Positions 40,463 to 51,348 are shown, numbered from the stretch's first letter. The stretch is DNA of 64,000 bases from Patescibacteria group bacterium (GCA_028865725.1 JAGWJP010000002.1:168050-232049); one strand, 5' to 3'. Notes: generated by a model not told the origin, from the sequence alone. Numbers and translations are program-made.

Positions 40463-41770
40463 TTACTCAGCGTCTTCATCAGGTACGCCACTCTGGCTTT
40501 CCTGTTCTTCCCTGTCCTTTGATTCTTTGGCCTCTTCTTGTGTATCACCCGCTTCCTCTTTCACTTCTTTTTTGTGTTCTTTCGCCCCTTCCTTTTTCTT
40601 TCCTAGCGACTCAAGCTTCTCGTCGAGATCTTTCAGTGTCAGCATCAAACGCTTGTCCTGAGGATTTACCGACTCGATCACAAATTGATAGGTGGTTTTG
40701 TCTTTGAGAATCTCACGCATCGTCTGGATGTCACCAAACTTCGAAACATGAATAAGTCCATAAATATTTTCATCAACCCGAATAAACGCACCATAAGGAG
40801 TAAATTTGAATACCTCCCCATTAATCGTCGTTCCTGCAGGATACTTCTTTTCGATATTCATCCATGGATCTTCCTGAAGTGCCTTCAAAGAAAGAGACAC
40901 TTTGTTATTCTGAATATCAATAATTTTTGCGTTCACATGATCCCCGGGCTTTAAAAGCTCGTTAGGGTTATCAATCAATCCCCAGCTCAGCTCAGAAATA
41001 TGAATCAGCCCTTCAATATCCGGATTATTCTTAAACTTTACAAATGCGCCAAAATCCACCACTGCGGTTACTGTTCCCTCAATCACATCTCCTACGTTAT
41101 ATTCCGTAAGACGCTCTTTTAATTGCTCTTCGAAAATCTCTTTCTCTGAAACAATCAAACGCTCCTCTTTGGGATTGAGATCGATAATCTTGACTTCCAT
41201 GTCTTGTCCTACAAATTTCTGAAGTTCCTGGAGTATTTTGCCCTTATCGCCGCCATCAACGCGCGGATAGTGTTCCGGAGTAAGACGCGAAACCGGGAGA
41301 AACCCATTCACTCCGTTCACGGATACGAGAAGTCCTCCCTTGTTTGCTGCCATGATCTTCACCAGCACGGTCTCATTCGCATTTTTCCTCTCCTCTAATG
41401 TTTCCCATTCCTTGCGCTGCCCAAGATCTTTCAGTGAAAGCTCCACAAACCCGTCTTCATTCTCAATATCTGCAACTTTTACGGAAACCACATCGCCTGG
41501 ATTCAAATGCTTGATCGCCTCTCTTCCTAAACGATATTCGACACCAAACACAATCCCTGTGCCAAATGCACCGAGATCAATATACAGCGCTCTGTTTTGC
41601 TTGCTCAACACCGTGCCCTCCAACACCTCTCCTTGTTTTGGGGGCGTAGAAACATTCGCCTTCATGGCGCTTCTTAAATCTGACTCCTTTGGTTGAGATA
41701 ATTCTCCTACCATAATGTGTAATACCTGCGCTTGATGCATGAGGTCATGCGTAATAGGCAGTGCATTCAT
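40463..41770 (-). CDS. rpsA: 30S ribosomal protein S1 (four S1 domains) with an acidic C-terminal tail
   Basis: Repeated S1 OB-fold motifs (GEVLEGTV..., GDVVSVKV..., GDVIEGTVTAVVDFGAFV..., GDHVNAKIIDI...). Confidence 0.85.
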   Translation of the reverse strand: MNALPITHDLMHQAQVLHIMVGELSQPKESDLRSAMKANVSTPPKQGEVLEGTVLSKQNRALYIDLGAFGTGIVFGVEYRLGREAIKHLNPGDVVSVKVADIENEDGFVELSLKDLGQRKEWETLEERKNANETVLVKIMAANKGGLLVSVNGVNGFLPVSRLTPEHYPRVDGGDKGKILQELQKFVGQDMEVKIIDLNPKEERLIVSEKEIFEEQLKERLTEYNVGDVIEGTVTAVVDFGAFVKFKNNPDIEGLIHISELSWGLIDNPNELLKPGDHVNAKIIDIQNNKVSLSLKALQEDPWMNIEKKYPAGTTINGEVFKFTPYGAFIRVDENIYGLIHVSKFGDIQTMREILKDKTTYQFVIESVNPQDKRLMLTLKDLDEKLESLGKKKEGAKEHKKEVKEEAGDTQEEAKESKDREEQESQSGVPDEDAE

Positions 41771-41970
41771 TAAAGCAGATCTGCTACAAATGTCAAAAGA
41801 TCTTTCGTAGAGCCGCTTCTGTACACCCCGAGAGACGCGCGACCCGGTATCCCTCGTACCGAAGCGGATCAGGAAATACTCGGAACGTAAGAGCAGGGAA
41901 GTTCAGTTTGTTGCATTTTGTAAAACGCGGTGGGGGTAGTATACTCAGGCTAAGAAAACAAAAATATACT

Positions 41971-42780
41971 ATGCCCGGCACAATAGAAAAACCAAGTGGA
42001 CAAAAACCAAAAGAAAAAACACAAGAATCACGAGCGATGATTTCCATGATTGCCGCATTGCGAGAACCAATGGAAAAACTCCTCGAGCAGCTACGCCCTT
42101 ATCTGGAAAAAGGAGAATATCAGCTTATAGTAGGCGATGATACCTCAGGAAGGATTCCTACCCTTATCTTTCGAAGAGTAATACAAGCTATCTATGAAGA
42201 AAAAGGGTATCCGTCACCGAAAACGATCTTTTTAGTAGGAAGAAGGCCGGCAATAAATTATAAGAAACAAGATATGACAATAGAATATGTAAAACACATC
42301 TTGCCAGAATTAAAGAAATCCCAAAAGTCCACGAATACGCCCCTCAAAGCGCTTATAGTCACCGAAGCGGTTGCTTCCGGAAATTCAGTTGAATTCCTCT
42401 CAGAATTACTCAGGGGGGCAGGAATTATGTCTGACGTAGCTGCGTTAGGAAGGGATGACCCCGCAAGGTCTGTCCAATATTTTGAAAACAAGCTAGGTGG
42501 CGGGAGATTTTTTTACGGAGAAGACGGAACGCCATCTATTTTCCATAAATCATACCTGAGCGGAGTTACTAAAGAGAGCCGGGACCAAATATTTTCAGAT
42601 ACGCTCGAGTCATACGAATATGATCGCGAAGTTTCTCTCACGTTGACTGACCACAGCGAAAGAGAAACCACCGCCCAAGACGCCGTAGGAATGACGCGCG
42701 AGGATATTAAAACACTTGGAAATGAACTCTTTGCACACTACCAAGAAGCACGTGCACAAGAGACGAAAATCACGTCATAG
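41971..42780 (+). CDS. Hypothetical protein with a phosphoribosyltransferase-like (PRTase-type) motif
   Basis: QLIVGDDTSGRIPTL and ALIVTEAVASGNSVEFL resemble PRTase/ComF-type nucleotide-binding loops; the start was moved to the Met at 41971 (divergent from rpsA). Confidence 0.35.
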   Translation: MPGTIEKPSGQKPKEKTQESRAMISMIAALREPMEKLLEQLRPYLEKGEYQLIVGDDTSGRIPTLIFRRVIQAIYEEKGYPSPKTIFLVGRRPAINYKKQDMTIEYVKHILPELKKSQKSTNTPLKALIVTEAVASGNSVEFLSELLRGAGIMSDVAALGRDDPARSVQYFENKLGGGRFFYGEDGTPSIFHKSYLSGVTKESRDQIFSDTLESYEYDREVSLTLTDHSERETTAQDAVGMTREDIKTLGNELFAHYQEARAQETKITS

Positions 42781-42900
42781 CAATAAAACAAGGACCGTGC
42801 GCAAGCTTCTCTTTTAAGGACTTCGAGCCTCTTCATATTCGTCTTGAATATCCGCGTTCGTTTTGCTACGATAGTGTATACATTTTTATATTCTTGAATC

Positions 42901-43542
42901 ATGGTTATTACATGGTATGGAGAGGCGTGCTTCAAAATCCAATCAGGAGACGTCACGCTCAAAACCGATCCCTTTGACAAAGCGTCTGCGGGGCTTACGA
43001 CCCCTTATTTTAATGCGAACGTAACTCTTCTTTCCCACGCCACACTTCCCGATTTCGAAACCTATGATGACGCGGGGCGAAACAATACCTCTCTTATCAG
43101 CTCACCGGGAGAATATGAAATGAAAGGAATGGTGGTGCGCGGGATCCAAATAAATATGGGGGGTGAGGGAATCGATACCGCCTATGTGATATCGTGGGGA
43201 GACTTAAAACTTATCCATCTTGGTTTTCTGAACACCGCAAAAATAAATTCGCGGCTTATGGAAGCGTGCGCAGATGCAGACATTATGTTTGTTCCGATCG
43301 GCAAACCGTATCTCGATGCAGGGGATGCTGCTACTATTGTGAATCAATTAAGCCCAAAAATTGCGATCCCTATGTGCTACGCGGTAAAAGGGTTGTCACG
43401 AAAGGCAGAAGATGCATCTGCATTTTTGAAAGAGCTTTCCGTATCTCCAGAACAACAGGATAAACTCACGATTAAGAAAAAAGATATCACCGAGGAGGAG
43501 CATACAGAAATAATCCTTTTAAATGCTCAGGCAAGCGCGTAA
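42901..43542 (+). CDS. Metallo-beta-lactamase-fold hydrolase (UPF0173/YtkL-like)
   Basis: N-terminal ITWYGEACFKIQSGDVTL, characteristic of the UPF0173 metal-dependent hydrolases. Confidence 0.65.
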   Translation: MVITWYGEACFKIQSGDVTLKTDPFDKASAGLTTPYFNANVTLLSHATLPDFETYDDAGRNNTSLISSPGEYEMKGMVVRGIQINMGGEGIDTAYVISWGDLKLIHLGFLNTAKINSRLMEACADADIMFVPIGKPYLDAGDAATIVNQLSPKIAIPMCYAVKGLSRKAEDASAFLKELSVSPEQQDKLTIKKKDITEEEHTEIILLNAQASA

Positions 43543-43560
43543 CAACGCCCATCACCTGGT

Positions 43561-43878
43561 ATGGATGTAAAAGATCTCCCACTCTCCACACGAAAACGGC
43601 TTTTTGCTCTCATTGTGGGCGTAGCGGGATTCTTTGCTCTCCTGCTTTGGTTTGTCATGTTTGAGTCGCATATCCATGCATTAACTAAAGCCAATATCAT
43701 TGATGAAGTACTCAGCAAACAAGAGAATACAACGACAACGTCGTCAGATACACCTACGCCGCCGCCTTCGCTCGGATCGGTCATATCCTCGCTCGGTGCC
43801 AACATATGGGATATCACGATCTCTATCCCTCAACTATTTCATGCGCACGAAATAGACGTTAACAATACCCTTCACTAA
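43561..43878 (+). CDS. Small membrane protein (105 aa)
   Basis: N-terminal TM helix; T/S/P-rich middle region; no family. Confidence 0.35.
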   Translation: MDVKDLPLSTRKRLFALIVGVAGFFALLLWFVMFESHIHALTKANIIDEVLSKQENTTTTSSDTPTPPPSLGSVISSLGANIWDITISIPQLFHAHEIDVNNTLH

Positions 43879-43889
43879 CACGTCTCACT

Positions 43890-46325
43890 ATGGAGGAAAT
43901 CCACAAAGAAGAAAAAATACAAAAGCAGAATATTACTGAAGAACTTGAAACATCGTATATTGACTACGCGATGTCGGTAATCGTCAGTCGCGCGCTTCCT
44001 GATGTGCGTGACGGCTTAAAACCGGTGCATCGGCGCATTCTCTATACGATGTGGGATTCCGGACTCATTCACACGGCAAAATTCAAAAAATGCGCAAATG
44101 TAGTCGGTGAGGTGCTTGGACGCTATCATCCTCACGGCGATTCAGCCGTCTATGACTCGCTCGTTCGTATGGCGCAGGATTTTTCCCTCCGCTATCCCCT
44201 CGTGCTCGGTCAAGGAAACTTCGGTTCTATTGATGGTGACAGTGCGGCAGCCTATCGTTACACTGAGGCAAAACTATCCGCAATTGCTGAAGAAATGCTG
44301 GTGGATCTCGACAAAGAAACTGTTGATATGCACGATAACTATGATGGAAGCCGCAAAGAGCCCGCCGTACTCCCCGCCAAACTGCCCAACCTTCTTTTGA
44401 ATGGCACGAGTGGAATTGCGGTCGGCATGGCGACCAACATCCCTCCTCACAATCTTTCGGAGGTATCAGATGCAATCCTGCATCTTGCGGACAATCCCAA
44501 AGCGACGATAGAAGACCTTATGCAATATATTAAGGGTCCCGATTTCCCGACCGGAGGCATTATTTACGATAAAAAGGCGATCCGAGAAGCCTATGTGACA
44601 GGACGCGGTCCTGTCACTATGCGCGCGCGCGCGGATGTAGAAGAAAAAAAGGGAGGACGCATTGAAATTGTAATTCAGGAAATCCCCTATCAAGTCAACA
44701 AGTCCGACCTCATCGTAAAAATCGCCGAGCTTGTCACCGATAAGCGCATTGAGGGTATCCGCGATTTACGCGACGAATCCGATCGCGAGGGGCTTCGTAT
44801 TGTGATTGAGCTCAAATCTGATGCACAACCGCAAAAGATCTTGAACCAGCTCTACTCGATGACCGATCTTCAAAAGAATTTCCCATTTAACATGGTCGCG
44901 CTTGTCGATGGATTGCAGCCGCAAACCTTTTCTCTCAAAGGACTTCTTGAACACTTTTTGAAACATCGTGAAATCGTCGTACGCCGCCGTGCGCAGTATG
45001 AATTGCGAAAAGCAGAAGAGCGGGCCCATATCCTCGAAGGACTAAGCAAAGCGCTCGATCACATCGATGAAGTGATTGCCATCATAAAAAAATCAGAAAG
45101 CAAAGAAGACGCAAAAGAGCATCTGATGAAAAAATTTGGGCTCACAACCATTCAGACGGACGCCATTTTGGAAATGAAACTTCAGACGCTTGCAGGACTT
45201 GAACGCAAAAAAATACATGATGAGCTCAAAGAAAAACGAGATCTTATCGCTGAATTAAAGGCCTTGCTCGCCGATCCTAAAAAAGTGCTGGGTGTTGTAA
45301 AAAAAGAAGTACAAGAAATAAAAGAAAAGTTTGGCGATGAACGTCGTACAAAAGTCGTTGCATCCCCTATTGGCGAATTCCACGAGGAAGATCTCATTCC
45401 TGAAGAGGAGGTTGTCATCACCATGTCTTCTGACGGGTATATCAAACGTCTTCCCTCCGCAACTTTCAAAGTGCAAAAGCGCGGGGGTAAAGGAGTCATC
45501 GGATTTGAAACGAAAGAAGACTTTGTGACCCACCTCTTTCACGCGCACTCTCACGATAATATCCTGTTCTTCACAAGCAGCGGGCGCGTATTTCAAACCA
45601 AAGTATACGAAATACCGGCCGCCACCCGCACCAGCCGTGGGCGCTCTGTCTTCAACTTTCTCGATATTCCCCACGACGAACGGGTGACTGCCATGTTAAA
45701 TTATGGCGGTGGTGGAGAAGAGGGGCCGAAATATCTTGTGATGGTCACCAAAAAAGGCGTGATCAAAAAAACGGACATTGCCGAGTTTGCTCAAGTACGA
45801 CGTTCTGGCATTATCGCGATCAAACTTGATAAGAACGACGAGCTTCATTGGACATCATTCTCCTCTGGGACAAATGAAATCATTATTGTCACGAAATCAG
45901 GCCAAGCGCTGCGCTTTCCTGAAAAAGATGTACGCGCAATGGGACGCGCCGCACAAGGTGTCCGCGCTATTCGCCTGAAAGGCGCTGATGAGGTAAGTGA
46001 TATGTCCGTCGTCGGCGATCCGAAGTCGCAAATTCTTGTGATCACAGAACATGGCTACGGAAAACGCACTCCGCTCAAAGAATATCGAAAGCAAAAACGC
46101 GGGGGCAGCGGTATTAAAACAGCAAACGTCACCAAGAAAACAGGATTCGTCATTGCTGCGCGCGCACTCGTGACTACAGAAGTAGAACTTATTGCGATCA
46201 CTGAGAAAGGACAGACGCTGCGCACCGGAGTGGACTCCATTCGCGAGCTTGGGCGCGCCACACAAGGCGTCCGCATCATGAATGTAGACTCAGAAGACGC
46301 CATCGCAGGAATCACGATTGTCTGA
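43890..46325 (+). CDS. gyrA: DNA gyrase subunit A
   Basis: [26 protein letters not shown] (active-site Tyr region), QRD-region equivalent and C-terminal beta-pinwheel repeats. Confidence 0.95.
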   Translation: MEEIHKEEKIQKQNITEELETSYIDYAMSVIVSRALPDVRDGLKPVHRRILYTMWDSGLIHTAKFKKCANVVGEVLGRYHPHGDSAVYDSLVRMAQDFSLRYPLVLGQGNFGSIDGDSAAAYRYTEAKLSAIAEEMLVDLDKETVDMHDNYDGSRKEPAVLPAKLPNLLLNGTSGIAVGMATNIPPHNLSEVSDAILHLADNPKATIEDLMQYIKGPDFPTGGIIYDKKAIREAYVTGRGPVTMRARADVEEKKGGRIEIVIQEIPYQVNKSDLIVKIAELVTDKRIEGIRDLRDESDREGLRIVIELKSDAQPQKILNQLYSMTDLQKNFPFNMVALVDGLQPQTFSLKGLLEHFLKHREIVVRRRAQYELRKAEERAHILEGLSKALDHIDEVIAIIKKSESKEDAKEHLMKKFGLTTIQTDAILEMKLQTLAGLERKKIHDELKEKRDLIAELKALLADPKKVLGVVKKEVQEIKEKFGDERRTKVVASPIGEFHEEDLIPEEEVVITMSSDGYIKRLPSATFKVQKRGGKGVIGFETKEDFVTHLFHAHSHDNILFFTSSGRVFQTKVYEIPAATRTSRGRSVFNFLDIPHDERVTAMLNYGGGGEEGPKYLVMVTKKGVIKKTDIAEFAQVRRSGIIAIKLDKNDELHWTSFSSGTNEIIIVTKSGQALRFPEKDVRAMGRAAQGVRAIRLKGADEVSDMSVVGDPKSQILVITEHGYGKRTPLKEYRKQKRGGSGIKTANVTKKTGFVIAARALVTTEVELIAITEKGQTLRTGVDSIRELGRATQGVRIMNVDSEDAIAGITIV

Positions 46326-46569
46326 CGTACCACTCGCCACTAGGGTTTAGGGTTTCGGATCTTGGAATGAGAGAATCTAGAAAATAGAAAATAGTATTCA
46401 AGCGCAGTCGAGAACCTTCCTTTTCATATCTTATATGCTTGTTTAATGACGTAATCTTTTATGCTGGATACAAGATACGAGATGCGATATAATAAAAACA
46501 TACTATTTACTACGTCATAAGAAGCAGTATCCGCTGCAGAGCACGCACTGCTGTTTCTCTCACCGTTCT

Positions 46570-47913
46570 ATGCAAACTGCATCGCTTACACAACAGCAAA
46601 AAGCAATCCTCGGGATCGGAGGTGTTCTCATTCTCATTCTTGTATTGGGGTTCACAGGGATTATTCCTGGACTGAGAAAAAAACCCAGCGCGACCCGACA
46701 GATTTCTTCTCTTACGGTATGGGGGGTAGGAGATGATAAATCAGTATTTGATTCAATCTTCCCCGGATTCGGAGTCTCTATCACCTACGTCAAAAAGGAT
46801 TACGCGACCTACGAACAAGATCTCATTACCGCACTTGCGGCAGGAGAAGGACCCGACGTATTTATGATTCACGATGCATGGCTCCCTAAATACCAAAACC
46901 TGGTTACGCCCGCGCCCGCAGATCTCATTACTCCGCTCACGGTACAAAAACAATTTCCCGACGTAGTCTCGCAAGATTTTATACGCAATGGGAATATTTA
47001 TGCGCTTCCATTGTCGATCGACACGCTCGCCCTTTTTTATGACAAGGATATCTTTAACGGCTCGTTTGTGAGCGCTCCTCCCCGCACATGGGGACAGCTT
47101 GAGACGCTTGCAACCCGTCTTACGAAGCGCGACGCGACGGGTGCCATTACCCAGTCAGGCATTGCCCTGGGAGGATCTGCAACCAACGTCGATAAAGCCG
47201 CGGATATTTTGAGTATGTTGATGATCCAGAACGGATCAAAAATGAGCGATGGGGCAAGCTACACCTCGGCACTCGATACGCCACTTACAATAGGAGGAGG
47301 ACAGCCTGGCGTTGACGCATTAAAATTCTATCTCCAGTTCGCAGACCCTCACTCTTCGTTCTTTACGTGGGACACCTCGCAGCACTATTCGATTGATGCC
47401 TTCTCCTATAATCCTTCGGTGAATAACAAGGTGGCAATGATGATCAACTACCATTATCAAATTCCTACGCTTCTTGCCAAAAATCCCAACCTAAACTTTG
47501 GTGTTGCCACGCTCCCCCAGCAAGATTCAGCGACAGAAGCTCAATACGCCACCTATCCCGATTATTGGGGCTATGCGGTTTCAAAAGCAAGTAAAGACCC
47601 CGCGCTTGCGTGGAAATTTGTACTCTACCTTACGGCATACAATCAGGCGAAAACATATTTACAAAACACACACAACCCCCCCGCATTGCGTGCGTTGATT
47701 CAAAATGATCAAAACGATCCTATTCTCTCTGTGTTTGCCAACCAAATCTTGATTGCAAAATCATGGGTGCGCCCGGGACATGAGACGACAAATTCCGTGC
47801 TCTCAAATGCCATAAGCAGTGTGCAACAAGGCCTCCTGTCCCCCGACGAAGCGATTTCCGCCGCAAACCAACAGCTCAATGCCCTTTTTAACGCCATCCC
47901 TAACAAACAATAA
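46570..47913 (+). CDS. ABC transporter solute-binding protein (family 1, sugar-type), apparently orphan
   Basis: N-terminal TM/signal anchor; typical SBP_bac_1 architecture (about 420 aa periplasmic domain). No permease or ATPase genes adjacent. Confidence 0.65.
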   Translation: MQTASLTQQQKAILGIGGVLILILVLGFTGIIPGLRKKPSATRQISSLTVWGVGDDKSVFDSIFPGFGVSITYVKKDYATYEQDLITALAAGEGPDVFMIHDAWLPKYQNLVTPAPADLITPLTVQKQFPDVVSQDFIRNGNIYALPLSIDTLALFYDKDIFNGSFVSAPPRTWGQLETLATRLTKRDATGAITQSGIALGGSATNVDKAADILSMLMIQNGSKMSDGASYTSALDTPLTIGGGQPGVDALKFYLQFADPHSSFFTWDTSQHYSIDAFSYNPSVNNKVAMMINYHYQIPTLLAKNPNLNFGVATLPQQDSATEAQYATYPDYWGYAVSKASKDPALAWKFVLYLTAYNQAKTYLQNTHNPPALRALIQNDQNDPILSVFANQILIAKSWVRPGHETTNSVLSNAISSVQQGLLSPDEAISAANQQLNALFNAIPNKQ

Positions 47914-47920
47914 TACCCCC

Positions 47921-48247
47921 ATGAAACACACTGTGCGTATTGTAGGCCTCTCATCCTTCTTGCTCCTCTTCCCGCTGCTTGCATTAGCCGATCAGTTTAC
48001 AGGATTTCAAAATCCGCTTTCCTCAAATAGCGTCTTTGATATCATTAACAATGTCACCGCCTTCTTGCAGCCCTTCGCTGCTGCGGTCGTCGTGATTATG
48101 ATTTTAGTCGGCGCATTCCAGATTCTCACCGGAAACCCTTCTCAAATAACCACAGGGAGAAAAACAATTCTGTGGGCCGTGATCGGATTTGCTATCATTT
48201 TCCTGACACCGATTATTATCGGAGCCATCCAGGAATTTTTTAAGTAG
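47921..48247 (+). CDS. TrbC/VirB2-like small secreted two-TM protein, copy 1
   Basis: Signal peptide + hydrophobic helix + short polar loop (TGNPSQITTGRK) + second hydrophobic helix (ILWAVIGFAIIFL); paralogous to the next three ORFs. Confidence 0.5.
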   Translation: MKHTVRIVGLSSFLLLFPLLALADQFTGFQNPLSSNSVFDIINNVTAFLQPFAAAVVVIMILVGAFQILTGNPSQITTGRKTILWAVIGFAIIFLTPIIIGAIQEFFK

Positions 48248-48330
48248 CGTTTTGTTCTGTTTGAGACCGCGCCGCCTCTGCTATCCCCTTGTACCGAAAA
48301 TCAAAACCGTTATAATAAAAGTGAACACGT

Positions 48331-48666
48331 ATGAAGACACCACGCGCACGAACACTTACCTTCTGGTTTACGCTCGCCTCGTTTTTCGGAGCCCTTCCTG
48401 CGTTTGCTGACTTGGGTCCGAATCAACAAAAGATTATTGATCTCGTCTACTCGGTCGCGGATTTCATGGGCGGGCTTTTTCTTGCCGTGTCCGTGTGCAT
48501 GTTTCTCTATACAGGGTATCTCTATTTTACCGCGCAGGGAGACCCCGGAAAGATCACCAAGGTCAATCAGGCCCTCCTCTGGGCTGTAGTAGGCACTGGA
48601 ATAGGGCTTCTCGCGTTTGTGATGCCGCAAGTTATCAATACATTTTTAAGCAACGCGACTCAATAA
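48331..48666 (+). CDS. TrbC/VirB2-like small secreted two-TM protein, copy 2
   Basis: Signal peptide; Y-x-TA-x-GDP-x-K-I...ALLWAVVGTGIGLLAFVMPQVI-x-x-FL conserved with copies 3 and 4. Confidence 0.5.
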   Translation: MKTPRARTLTFWFTLASFFGALPAFADLGPNQQKIIDLVYSVADFMGGLFLAVSVCMFLYTGYLYFTAQGDPGKITKVNQALLWAVVGTGIGLLAFVMPQVINTFLSNATQ

Positions 48667-48735
48667 ACTTAGCATTTCGATAGAATGGTAACGAAAAGGT
48701 CGATGATTATCTATATTTAACTTCACTCAATCACA

Positions 48736-49095
48736 ATGAAAAAAACAATTATAAGCCTTGCTGCACTAACCCTCGGATCACTCCCCATGCTCGCAGCCGC
48801 GCAAGCACAAGGTCCAAGCGCGGGCGGTGGAAACTATGTAACACAAATTGGTAGCCCAAGAACAGTTCTTCAAAATGTTACCAATACCATTGCCTCTCTT
48901 TTCCTCTTTGCTTCCGTTATCTATCTTGTGCTTGCCGGATTTCAATACCTTACCGCAGGAGGAGATAGTGAAAAGATGGGCAAAGCAAAAACAAACTTTA
49001 CCTATTCCATTATTGGTATTGCCATAGGTCTTCTTGCTTATGCGCTTCCGGGTCTTATCAGCAGCTTTCTTCAAGGTAGTGGAACACTCCAATAA
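48736..49095 (+). CDS. TrbC/VirB2-like small secreted two-TM protein, copy 3
   Basis: Signal peptide (cleavage after AAAQAQG); same conserved block (YLTAGGDSEKMGKAKTNFTYSIIGIAIGLLAYALPGLI). Confidence 0.5.
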   Translation: MKKTIISLAALTLGSLPMLAAAQAQGPSAGGGNYVTQIGSPRTVLQNVTNTIASLFLFASVIYLVLAGFQYLTAGGDSEKMGKAKTNFTYSIIGIAIGLLAYALPGLISSFLQGSGTLQ

Positions 49096-49190
49096 TACAA
49101 AAGAACTGCCTCAGACTTACACAAACCCCTCAATCAGGGGTTTGTTGGTTTTTTGTATTCTTCTCTGGTATACTTAAGGAAAATCCTATC

Positions 49191-49532
49191 ATGAAATACG
49201 TCAAAACATTTTTGTGCTATGCATTCTACGCAGCCCCGTTATTTGCAAACGCTGCCTCTATCCCTACTCAATTTGTCCAAACAGCTCCCATCCCCATCCT
49301 ATTTGTCCAATCCATTCTCGATTTTATTGCCTCCTTGTTCCTGTTTGGATCAGTAATTTATCTGCTTTATGCAGGATATCTCTTTTTTATTGCAGAAGGA
49401 GATCCCAAAAAAATAGACACCGCAAAAAACAATCTGAGGTGGAGCATCATAGGAATCGGCGTCGGCCTTCTTGCGTATGTATTGCCTCAGGTAATCAAAA
49501 CATTTCTCGATTCTTCCGGATTAGTACGGTAA
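49191..49532 (+). CDS. TrbC/VirB2-like small secreted two-TM protein, copy 4
   Basis: Signal peptide; FIAEGDPKKIDTAKNNLRWSIIGIGVGLLAYVLPQVIKTFL conserved block. Confidence 0.5.
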   Translation: MKYVKTFLCYAFYAAPLFANAASIPTQFVQTAPIPILFVQSILDFIASLFLFGSVIYLLYAGYLFFIAEGDPKKIDTAKNNLRWSIIGIGVGLLAYVLPQVIKTFLDSSGLVR

Positions 49533-49542
49533 CCATGAGAAG

Positions 49543-50109
49543 CTAGGAAAAGAGAGCCTGATGAGGCTCGCCTTTTTTATAGATAAAAAGTTTTTCAAAT
49601 CGTTCTTCAGCAGGATACGTTACTATCGTTTCAATCGGTTCCCAGTATGGAAAAAAACTAGTGTTAGTAATTATAACTGCCCCGGCTTTTAGCTCTTCAC
49701 GTAATTTTTTTTCAAGTTCAGGCATAAGTTCCTTCAAAAGATATGCGTACACCACATCCGCCTCAGAAAGATTGATAGCGAAAAAATCCCCACGCATAAA
49801 CACTGTGGGCGATTGATGTACCCACCCTCTTATTTTTGCAAGAATGATCCTTATTCTATGATTATCAATTCCATATACTCTAAGATGCGGGATCCTTTTC
49901 TGAAGACTCATAGCAAAAAACCCACGTGCGCAACCTAAATCATAACATATGGCCCCAAAAGGGGCGTGTGCCTGAATAATGTCAAAAATCTTCTCGCACG
50001 CACGAGTACTCGTCGCAAGATCATTGCTTCCTAGTATTGTATCCGTAAGAAACAAAAAATAGCCCACCAATACACCCACAAGAATGATAAGCATTAAAAG
50101 TTCAAGCAT
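49543..50109 (-). CDS. Class I SAM-dependent methyltransferase with N-terminal TM anchor
   Basis: Motif I ICYDLGCARGFFAMSL (DxGxGxG-like); overlaps the upstream ATP-grasp gene by 8 nt. Confidence 0.6.
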   Translation of the reverse strand: MLELLMLIILVGVLVGYFLFLTDTILGSNDLATSTRACEKIFDIIQAHAPFGAICYDLGCARGFFAMSLQKRIPHLRVYGIDNHRIRIILAKIRGWVHQSPTVFMRGDFFAINLSEADVVYAYLLKELMPELEKKLREELKAGAVIITNTSFFPYWEPIETIVTYPAEERFEKLFIYKKGEPHQALFS

Positions 50110-51292
50110 AATATTTAAGTGCCATTTTTAAAATTGCGCCTGCAATATTTTGAGGTTGTCCGCGATAAGGGTAATGATGCATATCAATATAGGGAAGGCT
50201 GTTCAACTCAATAATAGCGCATACCTGATCTTTCCAAGAACGTGCTACCGATTCTCCTATGAAATCAATTCCCACAATAGTCATACCAAAAAGATTTGCT
50301 ACATTTTTAAACAACTCTATATTGTCCGGATGTAACGAGTGGGTTAATTCAATGATGTCCGCCCCAAGATCTAATATTACCTTTTTTTGAAGCACTACTA
50401 TTTCTCCCGCACTCGGAACCGATGAATACCTCATTCCTTGTTCCTTAAGAAGCTCATCGCTCGTGGCATCTAATATAATATGGTAATGAGTTGTATTTTT
50501 GTGTGGGGATTTTTTTCTTCGCGAATCGGCGTTTTTTATTGCCACAAGTTCCTGAACAGTATTGATGCCATCCCCCACCACATGTGCAGGTATACGTTCG
50601 ACACATGCAACAAAATCTCCATCTATTACTGTCGCACGAAACACATGCATATTGGGTAAGTATTGCTCCACAATTACACAGGGCTCATAACGCAATGCGC
50701 GTTCAATTCCATCTTCCAATTGTTGTTCAGAAGTAATATGAGTAGTAATGTGATGACTAATCGATCCACTGCGAGGTTTCACCATAAGAGGAAACCCTAA
50801 AGAAAGGCCATAGCGAAACGCTTGTTTCTTCTGAAAAAACCAAAAATTCTTTCCCTCGGGAGTAATGATGTTCTGTTGGGCAAGAATCTTTTTAACTGCA
50901 GCCTTATCATCAACAAGAGAACTATATTTTGAACTCGATAGTTCTGTGCATGGCAATCCCTCAAACCATACTGACCTCTTACCTATTCGCATAACAAATT
51001 CATTTGTGTATCCAAACGGAGTACGTGTCGCAGCACACGTGATCCCTTGTTTTCTTGCCTCATCAATAAACACAGTGGTGCGCAATGATATATCGTCATA
51101 AGAAAAATCATTCTCAAGACGCAAAATTCCTACCATTTTGAATAGCACCCGTATCGGAGCAAAAAACGTATATACGAATTTATTTCTCAGTTTTGGCAGA
51201 CAATATTCAATGAAACTATCGATATACTTTTCATAATGATTCACAGGAAGAGGACCGCAATCCTTACAATATTTCGACTTTAGGCGTATCAT
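50102..51292 (-). CDS. ATP-grasp superfamily ligase (RimK / cyanophycin-synthetase-like)
   Basis: FPLMVKPRSGSISHHIT (ATP-grasp central domain) and C-terminal IIELNSLP (Mg/ATP-binding E-x-N). The track ORF extends to 51418 over a tRNA fragment; the Met at 51292 is more plausible. Confidence 0.55.
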   Translation of the reverse strand: MIRLKSKYCKDCGPLPVNHYEKYIDSFIEYCLPKLRNKFVYTFFAPIRVLFKMVGILRLENDFSYDDISLRTTVFIDEARKQGITCAATRTPFGYTNEFVMRIGKRSVWFEGLPCTELSSSKYSSLVDDKAAVKKILAQQNIITPEGKNFWFFQKKQAFRYGLSLGFPLMVKPRSGSISHHITTHITSEQQLEDGIERALRYEPCVIVEQYLPNMHVFRATVIDGDFVACVERIPAHVVGDGINTVQELVAIKNADSRRKKSPHKNTTHYHIILDATSDELLKEQGMRYSSVPSAGEIVVLQKKVILDLGADIIELTHSLHPDNIELFKNVANLFGMTIVGIDFIGESVARSWKDQVCAIIELNSLPYIDMHHYPYRGQPQNIAGAILKMALKYYA

Positions 51293-51348
51293 AACTTGAT
51301 TTATTGGGTCAAACTTGTTTATTATTGTAATACATCTCGGGCGACTAG

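Noticed and set aside
46340-46360. Telomere-like TAGGGTTTAGGGTTT
   Set aside because: Only two tandem copies in an AT-rich intergenic region; most likely chance.
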